From the NCBI GenBank assembly GCA_951406725.2, contig OX597818.1, positions 38,874,001-38,938,000 on the forward strand: a stretch of DNA of 64,000 nt, read 5' to 3'. The first letter of the stretch is position 1. Each line of letters opens with the position of its first letter. The notes under the pieces are model-generated. The model worked only from the letters and a program-made list of their open reading frames with translations. It did not search any database and was not told the origin of the DNA. This DNA is from Octopus vulgaris. Lineage: Eukaryota. Made by a program: the position numbers and the translations under genes. Shown piece after piece: positions 37,369 through 51,383 of this stretch.

Positions 37369-37769
37369 AGAATGTATGTTTTAGAATGCTGAAAGAGTTC
37401 TAGGTTTCTAACCTAGAAACAAGATTCTTTCTTTGGAATTTAGAGAACAAGAACAGATTCGCCTTGTCTGCATGCATTTGTATGTATATCTGCAGGCACA
37501 TATGTATGCATATACAAATATATGCAGGGTACATGCACATGGCTGCAGGCTTCGATGTCACTACATACGTGGATCATATTCAACACCTTTAAGAGGTTTG
37601 GTATATTTTGACACTGCCTAAAATAGCCTGTAGCTGTCATCTGATTAATCATTTTCTTTCTAGTTTTGTGAAACCCAGCTTTCCAGGATTGATACAGAGG
37701 CATTTAGTCACATATCCAAGTGCTGCAATCATCATTGGTAGAAATCTAAAATTATTGTCCAGTGACCGA

Positions 37770-38703
37770 GATTTTAGGAAATATATTGTGCTTGGGAAGA
37801 CCCGGCAAGTCAAATGAGACCATAACCTCGTGGCCTATGCCAGGAGCGTAACCAGCCCACTTATGCGTACCTTTTCCTTCTTTGGACACTAAACTCTGCT
37901 TGTGAAGACCTGTTGAGGCAAGTGAAATCAAAATCAAATTCGTTGACTGGCATCTGTGCTAGCGGGGTGCAAAGAGCACCATACCAGTGTGATCGTTGAC
38001 AGAGTGGCTAACCGGCTTCCGTGCCAGTGGCACATAAGTGGCACCATTCGAGTGTGATCGTTACCAGCGTCGCCTTACTGGCACTTGTGCCCATGCTATT
38101 AGGGTGCTAAGAGCACCATCCGAGCGTGATCGTTGCCAGAGCGCCTAACTGGCTTCCATGCAGGTGGCACGTAAAAGGCACCATTCGAGCGTGATCGTTA
38201 CCAGCGTCGCCTTACTGGCACCTGCGCCGGTGGCATGTGTAAAAAGATTCGAGCGAGGTCGTTGCCAGTACCTATTTGTTTACTGCCCACAAGGGGCTAA
38301 ACACAGAGAGGACAAACAAGAACAGACAAACGGATTAAGTCGATTATATCGACCCCAGCGCAAAACTTATTTAATCGACCCCAAAAGGATGAAAGGCAAA
38401 GTCGACCTCGGCGGAATTTGAACTCAGAATGCAGCGGCGAGCGAAATACCACAAAGCATTTCGCTCGGCGTGCTAACGATTCTGCCAGCTCCCCACCCCG
38501 TGCCGGCGGCACGTAAAAAGCACCCACTACACTCTTGGAATGGTTGGTGTTAGGAAGGGCATCCAGCTGTAGAAACTCTGCCAGATCAAGATTGGAGCCT
38601 GGTGCAGCCTTCTAGTTCGCCAGCTCTCAGTCAAAATCGTCTAACCCATGCTAGCATGGAAAGCGAACGTTAAACGATGATGATGATGATGATAATGATG
38701 ATG
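37770..38703 (+). mobile_element. RTE-type LINE 3' region with internal tandem repeats and (GAT)n tail, interrupted by a family B SINE (~38273-38497, -)
   Basis: GGAAGGGCATCCAGCTGTAGAAAC..CCCATGCTAGCATGG..AAACGATGATGAT; repeated CGAGCGTGATCGTT units. Confidence 0.65.
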
Positions 38704-38896
38704 GAGTATCCACAGATTTCTCAGCAGTTTTGCATATATGCTTTCTTTTTCACTAATCATTAATATTTTGTTCACTCCTGTTGGGCAACTGATTTTAACT
38801 ACTGTGGATATTTTCTTTTCTCTGTCGCCTTGTCTCTTATGATTGCATCTTACAGAAGTTTTGATGGATTGTTCCGCTAATATTATGTATGGTTAA

Positions 38897-39110
38897 GGTG
38901 GCGATCTGGCAGAATCGTTTACACGTCAGACGAAATGGTTGGCGGCATTTCGTCCGTCTTCACGTTTTGAGGTCGAATTCCGGAGACCAACTTTGCTTCA
39001 CATTCTTGCGGGGTCGATAAAATAACTACCAAATGAACACTGGGGTCGATGTAATCGACTTACCACTTACTCGCGGAAATTGTTAGCTTTGTGCCAAAAT
39101 TTGAAACCAA
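38897..39110 (+). mobile_element. Older diverged family B-related SINE
   Basis: GGTGGCGATCTGGCAGAATCG head and GGGGTCGATAAAA body. Confidence 0.7.
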
Positions 39111-39535
39111 TATTATGTGTGATTATGTCCTCTAAACCATTGTAGCTTCTTATATTTGTCTCCTCAGTGTTAGCCTTTCTACAAAACCCATAAAATAATG
39201 TTCGAGCCTCGATATCATATCTCATAGTTATGTAATACTGTGATGTCTTTTTCGGACATCACGGTATTACATTGGGTGATATACTCAGTGTTAATTCTAC
39301 GGAGTCTACATGGATTGTTGTATCTAGTGGGTTTATCTGCATCTCTATCCCTTTCGTATGCCAGATATATTATTTCTTGCACCTATATTAAAAAGCATAT
39401 TCTTGAAAACGTGAGCTAATATCCGCTTAGTCCAAGATAGACTACTCTTGTTATCAATGTTACTGCCACTTTGAAGCTTTCTAAGAGCATAGCATTTCAT
39501 GATTTTTTTGCTGATATTATACAGCTTTTCTCTGG

Positions 39536-39856
39536 GAGCACTCCGTCGGTTACGACGACGAGGGTCCCGGCTGATATGATCAACGGAACAGCTTGTTCAT
39601 GAAATTAACGTGCAAGTGGCTGAACACTCCACAGACACGTGTACCCTTAACGTAGATCTTAGGGAGATTCAGCGTGACACAGTGTAAGAAGGCTGGTCCT
39701 TTGGAATACAGGTACTACTAATTTTTGCCAGCTAATTGGATTGGAGTAACGTGAAATAAAGTGTCTTGCTCAAGGACACAACGCATCACCGAGAATTGAA
39801 CTCACGTCTTTTACGATCGTGAGCCGAATGCCCTAACCACTAAGCCAGGTGCCTTC
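39536..39856 (-). mobile_element. tRNA-derived SINE family D
   Basis: Minus strand TGGCTTAGTGGTTAGG (A box), GAGTTCAATTC (B box) and TCCTTGAGCAAGACACTTTA core-like segment. Confidence 0.8.
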
Positions 39857-39870
39857 ACATACATAAATAA

Positions 39871-40289
39871 AGGATCTTTTCGGTTTGAACGGCAGTTTTT
39901 AACATAATTTCTAGGTAACTAAAAAATGTTAAACTTCGTATACTGGTAGAATGTGTTTATAAAACATCTTTTTCTCTTGGCTTTATTGAGAAAATTCTAT
40001 AGTTTGTAAGATATTTGTTGTTATTTTCTTCAATTTCTGCAATTTCAACCAATCACTGACGTCCATTGAGGTAAACAACATTCTGTGCCGTATGAATATG
40101 TCCCTCGTTTAAGAAACAGATTGGGTTTATTTACATTTGGGTAATACCCTTCCCCTCACCCCTAACCGTAACTAACCCTAATCCTAAAATAGATTGAAAT
40201 GCAATAGATCGATACTAGGGTCATAATTATGGGTGACAATTTCATATGACACCGCTAGAAAAAACTGCCGTTCAAACCGAAAAGATCCT
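39871..40289. mobile_element. MITE with ~30-bp TIRs and internal telomere-like (CCTAAC) repeats
   Basis: AGGATCTTTTCGGTTTGAACGGCAGTTTTT and AAAAACTGCCGTTCAAACCGAAAAGATCCT. Confidence 0.88.
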
Positions 40290-40738
40290 GAATAAATAAC
40301 AACAGCAATTCGATTTCGAGCAATACCATCACTTGGTTTTTCTCTTAAACATGAGCAGAATGGATGCGACTTCTCAATCGTGCTAGGAACCTACATACTT
40401 TTACATTGATGTGCTATCTCTTGCAACAGGTGTTCAGTGAACTTACCACTCACGCTGACGCATACCTTTATGCCACCATCGAATTTTTCATTGACTGTTT
40501 TTATTTTTCTAGGCTACGGTCAACCATAGTAGCATAATAGAGATGTTAAAATATCCAGCGATATCTGTGCCTGAAGCTCTTTGAATTGAGGAAAAGGTCT
40601 TGCTCAGGACCAATCCCACTATCTAAACAACATATGTGTTTGTTTTTTTCAAAAAGAACTTGTCTACATCATTGGATGAAAATGAGTTCTTTCTCCTAGA
40701 GAGGTATCTCAACATATACTAGTGGTCCTTCGCGCGCG

Positions 40739-40787
<49 letters not shown>

Positions 40788-40796
40788 ACACACACA

Positions 40797-41003
40797 AGAG
40801 GGTGCTGAAAAATGTCTGGCTTTGGATAAAAATACAGAAGGATTAGTTAATGATTTTATTCAACATATTTCTCGCTCATATTCATTCACTAATTGTAGCA
40901 GTCCTTCAGTTTTTCTAAGCCCTGTAAAAGAACTCGGAAGGGTGGACCTCCAACCAGGACTTTCGCAACACCCTTAAAGCCAGGAATTTTTCAGCATCCC
41001 ATC
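40797..41003. mobile_element. Mariner-like MITE
   Basis: GGGTGCTGAAAAATGTCTGGCTTT and AAAGCCAGGAATTTTTCAGCATCC are inverted ends. Confidence 0.65.
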
Positions 41004-44000
41004 CTATGATCATGTATCTTTACTCTGGTCTTAAATACGTGTGGTTTATATTGTGTTCCTTCCATCCAATATCTTGGCGGTTTGGAAAAGCGATGCAGAT
41101 AATATACTGAATAGAATTTAAAAATAAGTTCTGGACTTTAAAAATAAGTATTAGACTTAAAACATAAGCATTGATCGACAAAACCCAGTACTCCAGAAGG
41201 ATTGCAAATCTAGTGACTGAAATCATTAAAAGATTAACAGAGGAATGATTTGGAAACCATTAAAAACATTTTTGTTAAAGTATTTATTATTATTTCAACT
41301 GATTGTGACCATTAAAGAAATATACATAATTTTGTATTTTATAAAATTACAGCTTTTTTCAGTACCTGTGAAATGTATAAGTACCTTCTAAATGCTGGTT
41401 AATGGTCCTTCGAAGACCTTGTCTACCTGTATGTGTCATAGACAAGTGAGCCTTGATAGAGGTCAATGTTTTTCCGATTAAATCCGGTAAAACTACATTT
41501 GATATAATAAGTGAAATGAAGTAACAAACTGAAATTAAGTTGTCTTTGCTTACTTTGCTTCCCAGGACACGATCTCAAGTTTATATAGCTCGCATTTTTA
41601 ACACCTACTCACACACAACCCTCCTCAGCCTGTGTGATTTTTTATTGCGAGAAATGTATTCAGTTTTCACACACGGATGAGAAAATAATCATCGTTATCA
41701 CAGTCAATTTTGAAACAAATTGAGATTTAATATTATAATTAACACCAGTCCTTATTGTTAGAGATAAAAATAGAACTGTTTCAAAGTACAAGACTTCTTA
41801 AAATGTTTGAATGAGAATATTTATATCTTTGCCATGTCAATAATAGCAATGTAATATTGTCACTAGTAATCAGAGGAGAATGTTGGAAGCTATGAATGAT
41901 ACCCATATTTTTATTCTCTCTGAAGTATGAATATTTGTATTACGGTAACTTTATTATTCAGTGACAGCGAAAACAAGATTTCTTGTGTCGTACAGGAAGC
42001 TTACATCATAAACTACTACCTTTAGATTATAAAGTTACTACCAGTTTATTGGGTGGAAATATAAGATTATCAGTTCAGAAATGCAGTATATACTTTCCTG
42101 TTATAGATAAACGAATATTGATTGCAATAAGAGGAAATAAATAGCATACATCGGTTCCATTATATTAATGGTATTTTACGATGGCGGACTGGCAAAATGC
42201 CTTGCGGTATTTGTTCCGGGTTTTTACGTTCTGAATTTAGCTTCTGCTGAAGTCAACTTTGTTTTCCATCCATCGGTTGCCGATAAAATAAAATGCAGTG
42301 TATTACTGGTGTAGACTGAATGCTCTCTCTCCCAAATTTCACTATTAATTATATTAGAAACTTTAAGGGCGGTTAATTGGCAGAACCAGCAGAGTGACGG
42401 AAAAATGCCTCGCGGTATTTGTCCCAAACTTACCCGTTGAAATTTGTTAGCCTTGTGCTTAAATTATAAACCATTATTCTGATGGAATTTATTTCATCAA
42501 CCTTATTTGGAGGTAAGTGAACAGGGTTTTTGAACCTAGAATAATGAGCTTGACAGTATAATATCCGACATTATTGTCTCAGTAAGATCCAATGTCAATT
42601 TCGCTTAAATAGTTTCCGAACCTGTGACTGAACAATTATGCTGTCATTCGACCTGCTAAAACAAGCAGCTACACCTCTCTCAAATAACACTTCTCTGTCA
42701 GTAAAAGACATTTGGTAATGTAGTCTTGCATGTTTTCTGTATTGGAAAAAAAAAAACGAGTTGATCACATCCCAAATGTCTTTAACTGTAAGTCTCGTGG
42801 ATCAGGGCTGACTTACGATTAAACAACAACGCATAAATACAGAAATGTCTTTAGTCAAGGAACTCTTTTTAATGGAAGTTGTATAATTAACTTATTTTCT
42901 TGCCCCAGAGAGACACAAGATGAAGTCTATCGAAGCTGGACATGAACTCAATGAGTAAAGACAGATGAAACTTAACACTGAAAATCATTGTGTGATACCT
43001 ACCAGTTCTACAATCTCCATTGTTTTAACTAGGTATAGAGCTCATATATTGTATAGAATAAATTGAAAATATGGCATTTCTGTTTTCTACACGAAGCAGC
43101 ATTAATTAGGTGAAATAGTTTCCGTTTTAAATTAAAAACCGTGTTGCGGTTCTCGTTTTCGTGATATCACACTTCATATTTCACAATATTCGCTACTATT
43201 ACACCCGAAGATTTATTTCATACAAGGTAAACATTTCTAGAGAAAGCAAGTACTTATATCAACTCTGGAAAATGGAGAGATACACAATCTCACGCATGTG
43301 AGATTTGATCTCAGATTGCAGAGATGCGAAAGTAAATAATAGTATAATCATTTAGTTCGTCGCTCCACCGTCCCCCCCCCCCACACACACACGGCCGCAT
43401 ATGACTCGTAAAATATGCTGAATCTATTACAACCAAAAAGGAAAAGAAAGGAAATCAAAATCAGCGACACAAATATTGTGCCAGAAATTGGTCAACTGTC
43501 AGTTCTTGTGATGCTGAGTGTTTGTAATCATCTGACTCAGTGACAATTCTCGGTTTTGTCTTTTCTTAATCATATCAATTATTTTCAATGATACATCCAT
43601 ACTAACAAAACGCAGTTATCTTGTAAATAAGCTATGCACTAATAGTACAAATTATTCCTAGAATTGTTTGACTCACAGGTGGTAAAGGGTGCATAACAGT
43701 GGAAGACCGACTTCTTTAAATGTAAAACTGGTTTTTCTTTAGTGTTATTAACTCATTTATATTACATAGTTAATTCAGTGCCAACATTTCGGCCGCTTGT
43801 CATACAATTGTTTATTTACAAATCCTCATTCAGAAACATTTTATATTTTATAGACATTTTATTATATTTTTCGAAAAAAACCCAACTGTTTTCAAATTCA
43901 AAACGACATTTTGATTCTACCTTTCTAACTATATCAGTTCCTAAGCAACTTTTTCTTATAAACGTTTGTTATTTACGAGTCTTAAACACAAAGTTCAATG

Positions 44001-45269
44001 TCTATATGAGTCTAGTCTTCCATATTTTCAACCTTCAATTCCCGCATCAATACACCCCACCCCACTCAGCTTATGAAAGAACAAGGAAAAAAATCATTTG
44101 GTGCTTTCCTCAACTTCCAAGACGAAAGATAAATATCCACTACGTGGGAGACAGAATGCTGATCTGTCGTCGGTACGAATTCTTGTGGAATGAATTGAAC
44201 TCAGCACTGCAAAATCGACGAAATACTCGCCAATTATACAGTGCTTTCACTTGACACAGAAATGCCGATCTCTCGGCTGGCTGTCAGGTATCTATTTATT
44301 CGGTCACCCACGATCTAATTACAAACAAACAAACGACATTCCACGCAACCCCAGAACTGGTATTTTAACAAGAATTTGGAGGAGAAACACTCCGCATAAA
44401 AAAGAACCAAAAACGGCAAAAAAGTAATGCGTGAGTATACATAAGCTCGAAGATGATACTAATATTGACAGGAAGTGTAGACCCTCTGAAACACACGACC
44501 GTCACAACACGTCAATTTTAAAGGTCATGTTTCTACAACCAAGAATAGGAGATTACTATAAAATACACAATAAAGAGAAGCAGCGGAAGACTTAATCTCT
44601 CCAGATTAGATAGAAAATGTTGATTATGTCACACTTCTACAGAAGATATTTCGCATGCGACCAGCAGCTGCCCAAACAAGCCATTAACATGCAAGTTTCT
44701 AATGCAGCATGATGATGCTGCTAACCATAAGGAGAAATGATTTGGAACAAATACAGGGAGAGGTTTCCGATTTTTCAGTAAATCAAATTTGTCTTAACTT
44801 AGGAAATATTGGAAAATTTGCATCAATATTTCCGCGATATGCAAACACAGCAGGTTTGATATAATGGTTTGGAACAGAAATATGATGTTCAGTAATAAGT
44901 ACCAGTAGCTCCATAGAGGTGAACATTTATTCTACTATAGCCCCGGCTGTGAGTGAATTTGACGGAAACTGTGTAAGTCCATCGTTTATATACGTGTATC
45001 ACCATACATACAAAGATATATAGATAGTTGTGTGTGTATATGTTCATCTCTACTGCTTGACAACAAACGTTGGTTTGTGCACGTCCTCATGACTTAGCGT
45101 TTCCATTTTAAAGAAACTGCGGTCAAATATCCTTCATTTCTCACCGTACCGTTTTAAATAAATGTAATGGTCATTGTTAGTCTCTTTATTTTAAAATAAA
45201 GCGGATGTAAGTCAAAATTCGAATGCTTTTGATCATTGATTCCCCACCCCATACATATATAGAATGAAC

Positions 45270-46920
45270 TCTTTCAATTTCAGTTGGATAATGTTCTGCT
45301 TTCCAGCCCGCATCTCCACATTCTTCAAAAAGTTCATAAAGGTCAATCTTTTGAGTCCAAGTGGCGCCCATGTTATTTTCAAGGGAAACTGTCAACTCGA
45401 CCAGATTTCTTTACACCATTCAATAATTGGTTTCTCCGCAAATGGAGCGGGGAAGAATCTTTAGCACCTTGGCAAATCTGCAGCCACCTTCCCAAAGCCA
45501 TTCCACTTTTCATCGTTCGTAGGAAGCTCCTTCAAACAGATCAGCTGTCCTGGATGCACGAAGGTGAATAAAATCTTACTGGATTTCTCTATCATTTCTT
45601 GTCATTGTTGATTAGAGAAATTTGGTTCCGTGCGGCATTGAACAGAATATTAACATATTGTGCCTCTATCTATACAACACCAGCTGCAAAGAATATGTTT
45701 CAGTGTTCCTACCTTCCCAGATTCGTATTTATCACACTTTGACAACTTCCATCTCACCAGGTTTGTGGGGAATAACAAGGTATCATAAGACGAACACATT
45801 GAAAGACTTAGTAATGATGTACTCCACTTCCATTCCAACTTATCTCAATTACGTGTTTCTCTCATCATTCATTGTTGAGAGCATTAAATCAAATGAAACT
45901 CATTTCTTTGCTTCCCTTGCCTACTAGCAACAAAACTGCGTTCGCTCTGGATCATACTCGAAAATGGTTTGGAATTATGAGCTAAACCAAAGTCCCCTCC
46001 TTTCAACTATATGGCTCCCACCGTATTTTGTGCTTGACAGGAGGTCATTAATTTCTGCCTTTGCTTTCCACTTTCTAGTTTGTTTTTTTTTACCTCTGGT
46101 GGATTGTGTCTTAATTTTTCTATCCTTCGACTCCCCTAGCATCATCCTCATTGTTCCTACCTTCCCTATTTTATAAATTTCAACCATTGAGATCAGTAGA
46201 AATTGAAATGTCCCCCTTTTGCGATAAAGAGTTGAAGTGTTTATTATACGAAGTGTACCTAGTTATTTCCTGATGAATGCATTGTAATTTTGTTCAACGG
46301 TTTGAACTCGTGACACTGCTACCTCGTATATTACTAGTGGTCTCGAAAGGTGTCGATATTGGCCAAACTGTAGACACTAAATTTTATACATGCCTGGTAG
46401 TTTTGAACCATCAATTGCTTTTAGTCCATTCTCAGCTTGCTTTGCAATCTACATCCCGCGGCTCCAGCCTGACAAAGTTCCAAATCATGTATACCTCAGG
46501 CTCTTAATAGTTTCATAACTGTTGGCATACTTTCTCCTATTTCAAATTCACTTCTTTCTGTATTCCTTTAAATGTCAAACTATGCGAGTCTTTTTTGCTT
46601 TCTTCTTTGTTTCGTGTCCCCCACATGTCTTATATTGTCCCCTTCTGTGTGTACCCCTTGTGGGAAATAAGTTTTTTTTTTGTTTTGAACTGCATCCTTG
46701 CCCCCTATATCAGCTTGTCTAACCTGCGTGGGCATCTGCATGATCCATTCTCCTGATAGAAGCATCAAATCATCCATGAAGGCCGCCTTAAGTGAATTAA
46801 CCCCGGCCGTTTGTTATGAAAAGTCTGTTGCTTTGGAAAGCACTTCTAGAACTAGAATAAACCACGCAACAGATATTGTGTAGGCAACAACAATGTCAAG
46901 CTCCAGGCGGTACCAATCTT
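45270..46920 (-). mobile_element. Highly decayed non-LTR retrotransposon with C-terminal restriction-like endonuclease (HERO/NeSL-like)
   Basis: Fragments FMDDL (RT), RKWKAKAEI and ELTVSLENN..K..YELFEEC..GWKA..PTEI. Confidence 0.65.
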
Positions 46921-47346
46921 ATGAAGTTACCAGATGTAAATCTCATCTCGAACACACGCAACTATCTTTCCCACATTTCCCCCCCTTATCTTTAAACATA
47001 ATTCTCTCCCTGATATAATCATAGACTCACTAGCAGGACGGTAGTTGTTGTAATCACTCAACTACAAGAAATAAAGCCACTTCTCCTTCAAATCCATCTC
47101 TAACATAGGGTATTAGAATTGAAATAATTTATTGCAAATCGTACAACGAAAGACTACATATCGTTGTGTACGTAATATGAACTCATACTCCCAAAATTTG
47201 ACTTAACACGAAAATTAAATATAAATAGTTGATATAATGTGCATACTGATATAGATAGCAGCAGTTCCATATTAAATTTAAAACTGTTTTCTAGAGGGAG
47301 AGAGGCAAAGCTTTCAATATAAAAAGCATAAGTATAAAATAGTATT

Positions 47347-47920
47347 TTTTTCTACTCTAGGAACAAGGCCCGAAATTTTTGGGGAAGGGGGCCAGTCGAT
47401 TACATCGACCCAGTACGCAACTGGTACTTAATCTATCGTTCCCGAAAGGATGACAAGCAAAGACGACCTCTGCGGAATTTGAACTCAGAACATAAAGAGA
47501 TGAAATACATATTTCTTTACTACCCACAAGGGGCTAAACACAGAGGAGACGAAAAGGGACAGACAAACAGAATAAGTCGATTATATCGACCTCGGTGCGT
47601 AACTGGTACTTAATTTATCGACCCCGAAAGGATGAAACGCAAAGACGACCTCGGCGGAATTCGAACTCAAAACGTAGCGGCAGACGAAATACCTATTTCT
47701 TTACTTCCCACAAGGGGCTAAACACAGAGAGGACAAATAAGGACAGACAAACGGAATAAGTCGATTACATCGACCTCAGTGCGTAACTGGTACTTAATTT
47801 ATCGACCCCGAAAGGATGAAAGGTAAAGTCGACCTCGGCGGAATTTGAACTCAGAACGTAGCGGCAGGCGAAATACCGCTAAGCATTTCACCCGGCAACT
47901 TTGTGCCAACTCGCCGCCTT
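47347..47920 (-). mobile_element. SINE family B tandem array (one head, 3 units)
   Basis: Same junction; 16-bp TSD AGT(A/G)TAAAATAGTATT. Confidence 0.9.
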
Positions 47921-48404
47921 AGTGTAAAATAGTATTATAGAGATTCAGCAAAGAGTAACTGGAGGGACACACACTTTCTTAAATATATAACAAGACAACA
48001 TTTGGTGGAGAGCCCAATTTGAACTAGCAATCATATAATATATTCGCCACTTGGATTAAGCAAAATCTATTAATGAGAAAGTGATTCGAAATGGCAAACA
48101 TTTCACTGAGGAGTCGGGAGAAAGTAAATTAAGAGATTCAACAATGTATTCAAGAAGAACGCGATAATTACGTACAAAGAGTAACAGAATAAAATGGATG
48201 TACACATGAAAGCTTTCTCAAATACATATATTATAGTCCTCGCACACAGTTTTCCAACACCGAAGTTGATTCAAGTGACAATAGTCAGCTAGAAGCTATA
48301 ATACACTTGCCCAAACATTGCGCAATGAGATGACTAGAAATCATAGTTACGAATCAAAAATAACTGACTGGCCAGCACTCGTAGTACGAGGGAGAAGTGT
48401 ATTT

Positions 48405-48953
48405 ATGGCAGAAATGTTAACACGCCGTGCGAAATGCCTAGCGGTATTTCGTCTGTGTTACGTTGTGAGTTCGAATTCCGCCGAGGTCGACTTTGCCTTT
48501 CATCCTTTCGGGGTCGATAAATCAAGTACCAGTTACGCACTGGGGTCGATGTAATCGACTTAATACCTATGTCTGTCCTTAGCCCCTTGTGGGTAATAAA
48601 GAAATAGGTATTTCGTCTACCGCTACCGTTCTGAGTTCAAATTTTGCCGAGGTCGACTTTGCCTTTCATCCTTTCGGGGTCGATTAAATAAGCACCAGTT
48701 ACGCACTGGGGTCGATATAATCGACTTAATCCGTTTGTCTGCCCTTGTTTGTCTCCTCTGTGTTTAGCCCCTTGTGGATTGTAAAGAAATAGGTATTTCG
48801 TCTGCGGTTACGTTCTGAGTTCAAATTCCGCCGAGGTCGACTTTGTCTTTCATTCTTTCGGGGTCGATAAATTAAGTACCAGTTGCGTACTAGGGTCGAT
48901 CTAATCGACTGCCCCCTCTCTCCTCCAAAATGTCGGGCCTTGTAGAAAAGAAT
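48405..48953 (+). mobile_element. SINE family B tandem array (3 units)
   Basis: Units restart at GGTATTTCGTC; the last unit has the alternative tail. Confidence 0.88.
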
Positions 48954-49197
48954 ATTTCTTTTTTTAATTGGCCACTGGTAGAAAAGAATATTAAGCGAGA
49001 AAAGTAATGTGAAGTGCTGAAATAAGACCGTGAATCAACTTTTGCGCCCGCGCACACACACAGACGTGTGTGTGTGTCTGGGTAATAACCTCCAAAGCTC
49101 CTATACAGTTATCAGCTATCGTATGGTATTATATCGCAAGATTACTCCTTTTATTGGATATACATGTGGAAATCTGTTAGTATATGCAAAATATAAA

Positions 49198-49849
49198 CAT
49201 AAAACAAGATGGAATGAACATGGTTTAATCACAATTGTGTCTGTGCATTGATAACAGCTGTTAGTAGCTGAGTATTCCATATTCTATTACATCATAAATA
49301 ATAACGTGAATATGATCCTGTAGCTGTTGTGAACAGGCACGTCGTCAGGTGAGTAGCTTTGATAGTGCTACCGGTTCATGTTCAATTTCGCATCATGTTA
49401 TACCTGTTGTATTTTTAGCATCTCCCTACCCTGAGTAATTTATAGGATTTAAATAAACGTAAGTTGTAAAAGTACCGAATAAAGTAATGGCAGTAAAAAT
49501 TGAAAGTATGCATTACAAAATGGACCAAAATTAGTCAATGCAAATAAAAATCAAACGTACAAATTCAAATTAACCAAATCTAAATTGTTTTTTTCTTTTT
49601 AATTAATATTCTTTCATAAATGTCTTTTATGAAGCTAGATTAACAAAGATATTTAGAGATAGACTAGAATTATTCGGTATCGTTTGCAAATGTTTTTCTT
49701 GAACAGACGCGTGGTCATCCTCTTATCCATATTATTTATGTAATATTTTATGTTATAGTGTGATATAGAAAATTAACAAGTAACAGCTGTTATCAATGCA
49801 GAGAAACAATTTTTGTGATTAAAACCTGTTCATTCCATCTTGCTTTATG
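49198..49849. mobile_element. Old MITE-like element with ~65-bp inverted ends
   Basis: CATAAAACAAGATGGAATGAACA..GCATTGATAACAGCTGTTA is inverted at ~49781-49849. Confidence 0.65.
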
Positions 49850-50209
49850 GACATGTAAAGCGGACGGATGGCAACAGAATTCCCAGACAGCCGTTATAGG
49901 GCGCGTTGGCTCAGTACAGCAGACAACTATAGCTGAAATTTAAGTTAAGTGAGCAAACGTAAAGGACGATCACGAAAACAAACAAAAGAAAAACGACACA
50001 CACACACACACACACAGATAAAGCCTTACAACTGTGAGACAGCATTAAGGCAGGACGCATATCCTACAGGATTTGATTAAGAGAAAAAGAAAGGTAGACG
50101 AAAAAAAAAAAGAACAAACGGTGGGGAAATAAGGCGAACCCAGGGCTGAAGGTAAACGCCCAAGCGAGATGGCTGAACAGGTCAGCAGTAACTCATAATA
50201 TATTGCATA

Positions 50210-50257
<48 letters not shown>

Positions 50258-50312
50258 CTCCATGATTGACCGCTGGCCACTAAAGCTTTTTTTCCTCTAT
50301 TTTATCGAGTTC

Positions 50313-50348
50313 CTTTCTGTTGAAGAGCGTAGGCTCGAAACGTAAAAG
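50313..50348 (+). ncRNA. Minimal hammerhead-like motif (CTGTTGA core variant) in a Penelope-type repeat
   Basis: CTTT CTGTTGA A GAGC gtag GCTC GAAAC GTA AAAG with all stems intact. Confidence 0.55.
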
Positions 50349-51383
50349 ACTTTCTCACCTTCCCGAGCGTTAAACTAATACACCTGTTTGTTGTTTACAC
50401 ACCTGTCTTCGTCTTTTTTTTTTGTAAATTCCAACTATATATACACACACACTATCGTGCATAAGATACATATTACATTCGTGTATTGTGTGTGGGTCGG
50501 CATGTCAAAGACTAGACCCAACATTTCCTCTGCATGTCGTGAAACGCAACTAAAAGACGTTGTGGTAGTATTTACACCCCAACCAATAATAACCGCCCAA
50601 ACAAACCCATGTTGGTGGAGCTGTCGCCCGAGTGGTACAAAGGCATCATCTGCCTGGAGTGGCAGGTAATCACCAATGAATGGTGGATGAAGCGATGCAA
50701 TGTTACAGCACATGTTAGCGTGCTATTACTACTGTATATCACATCATATATGTAATTTTACTTGAAATGCATTCCTCAACGGAAATTCACTCATGTCACC
50801 AGTTGACCAGAAACTACGAAATATTTTGCTCAGATATTTCGCAGTATATTACGGGTCGCAATAACCATACAGTCGTAAAGAGAAAAATATAATTGTCTAA
50901 CATTTTCCACGAAAAAAATATTTAATGCGAAATACTTGAATTATTGTACAAGACCTTTAAACGCAAAATATATTCAGGCGACTAAATTTAAGACAATTAC
51001 ACGGTCAATTTTAGCTCATCAAGTTTATTTTCGATTTACTTGTGATAAAAAAAAAAAAAACGAAACAAATAAATAAATAAATAAAACAAAGCTTAGTTTT
51101 TCGATATCGCGAGTACTATGTTTCAACAATAAATCTTTAATACATATAATTAAGATAATCGGTAGATTAAATCAGTCGTTTTAAGCGTAGTCAAATATTA
51201 AATTTTAAAAGGTTTAATTTAAAATTCAGATTAAATTTTATATATTTATATAAAAAAAACGTTTATTTAAACATCGATATGTCTTATAAATACTACAATG
51301 CAAATAAAAATGAATTTTAAGAAATGAATTTGTATTAAAACAGAGCTGAAAGTCCTACGGACCTTGTTTAAAGAGTTGTTCTG

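Noticed and set aside
41380-44500. Possible small exons or promoter in unique DNA (e.g. minus-strand donor near 43677) and ORF 43742-44254
   Set aside because: No coherent reading frame or recognisable protein could be assembled
46580-46672. Short sequence resembling the shared Tx1 tail (CCCCTTCTGTGTGTACCCCTTGTGGG) inside the HERO-like relic
   Set aside because: Probably another tail-only insertion, but no TSD could be found, so it is not listed as a feature
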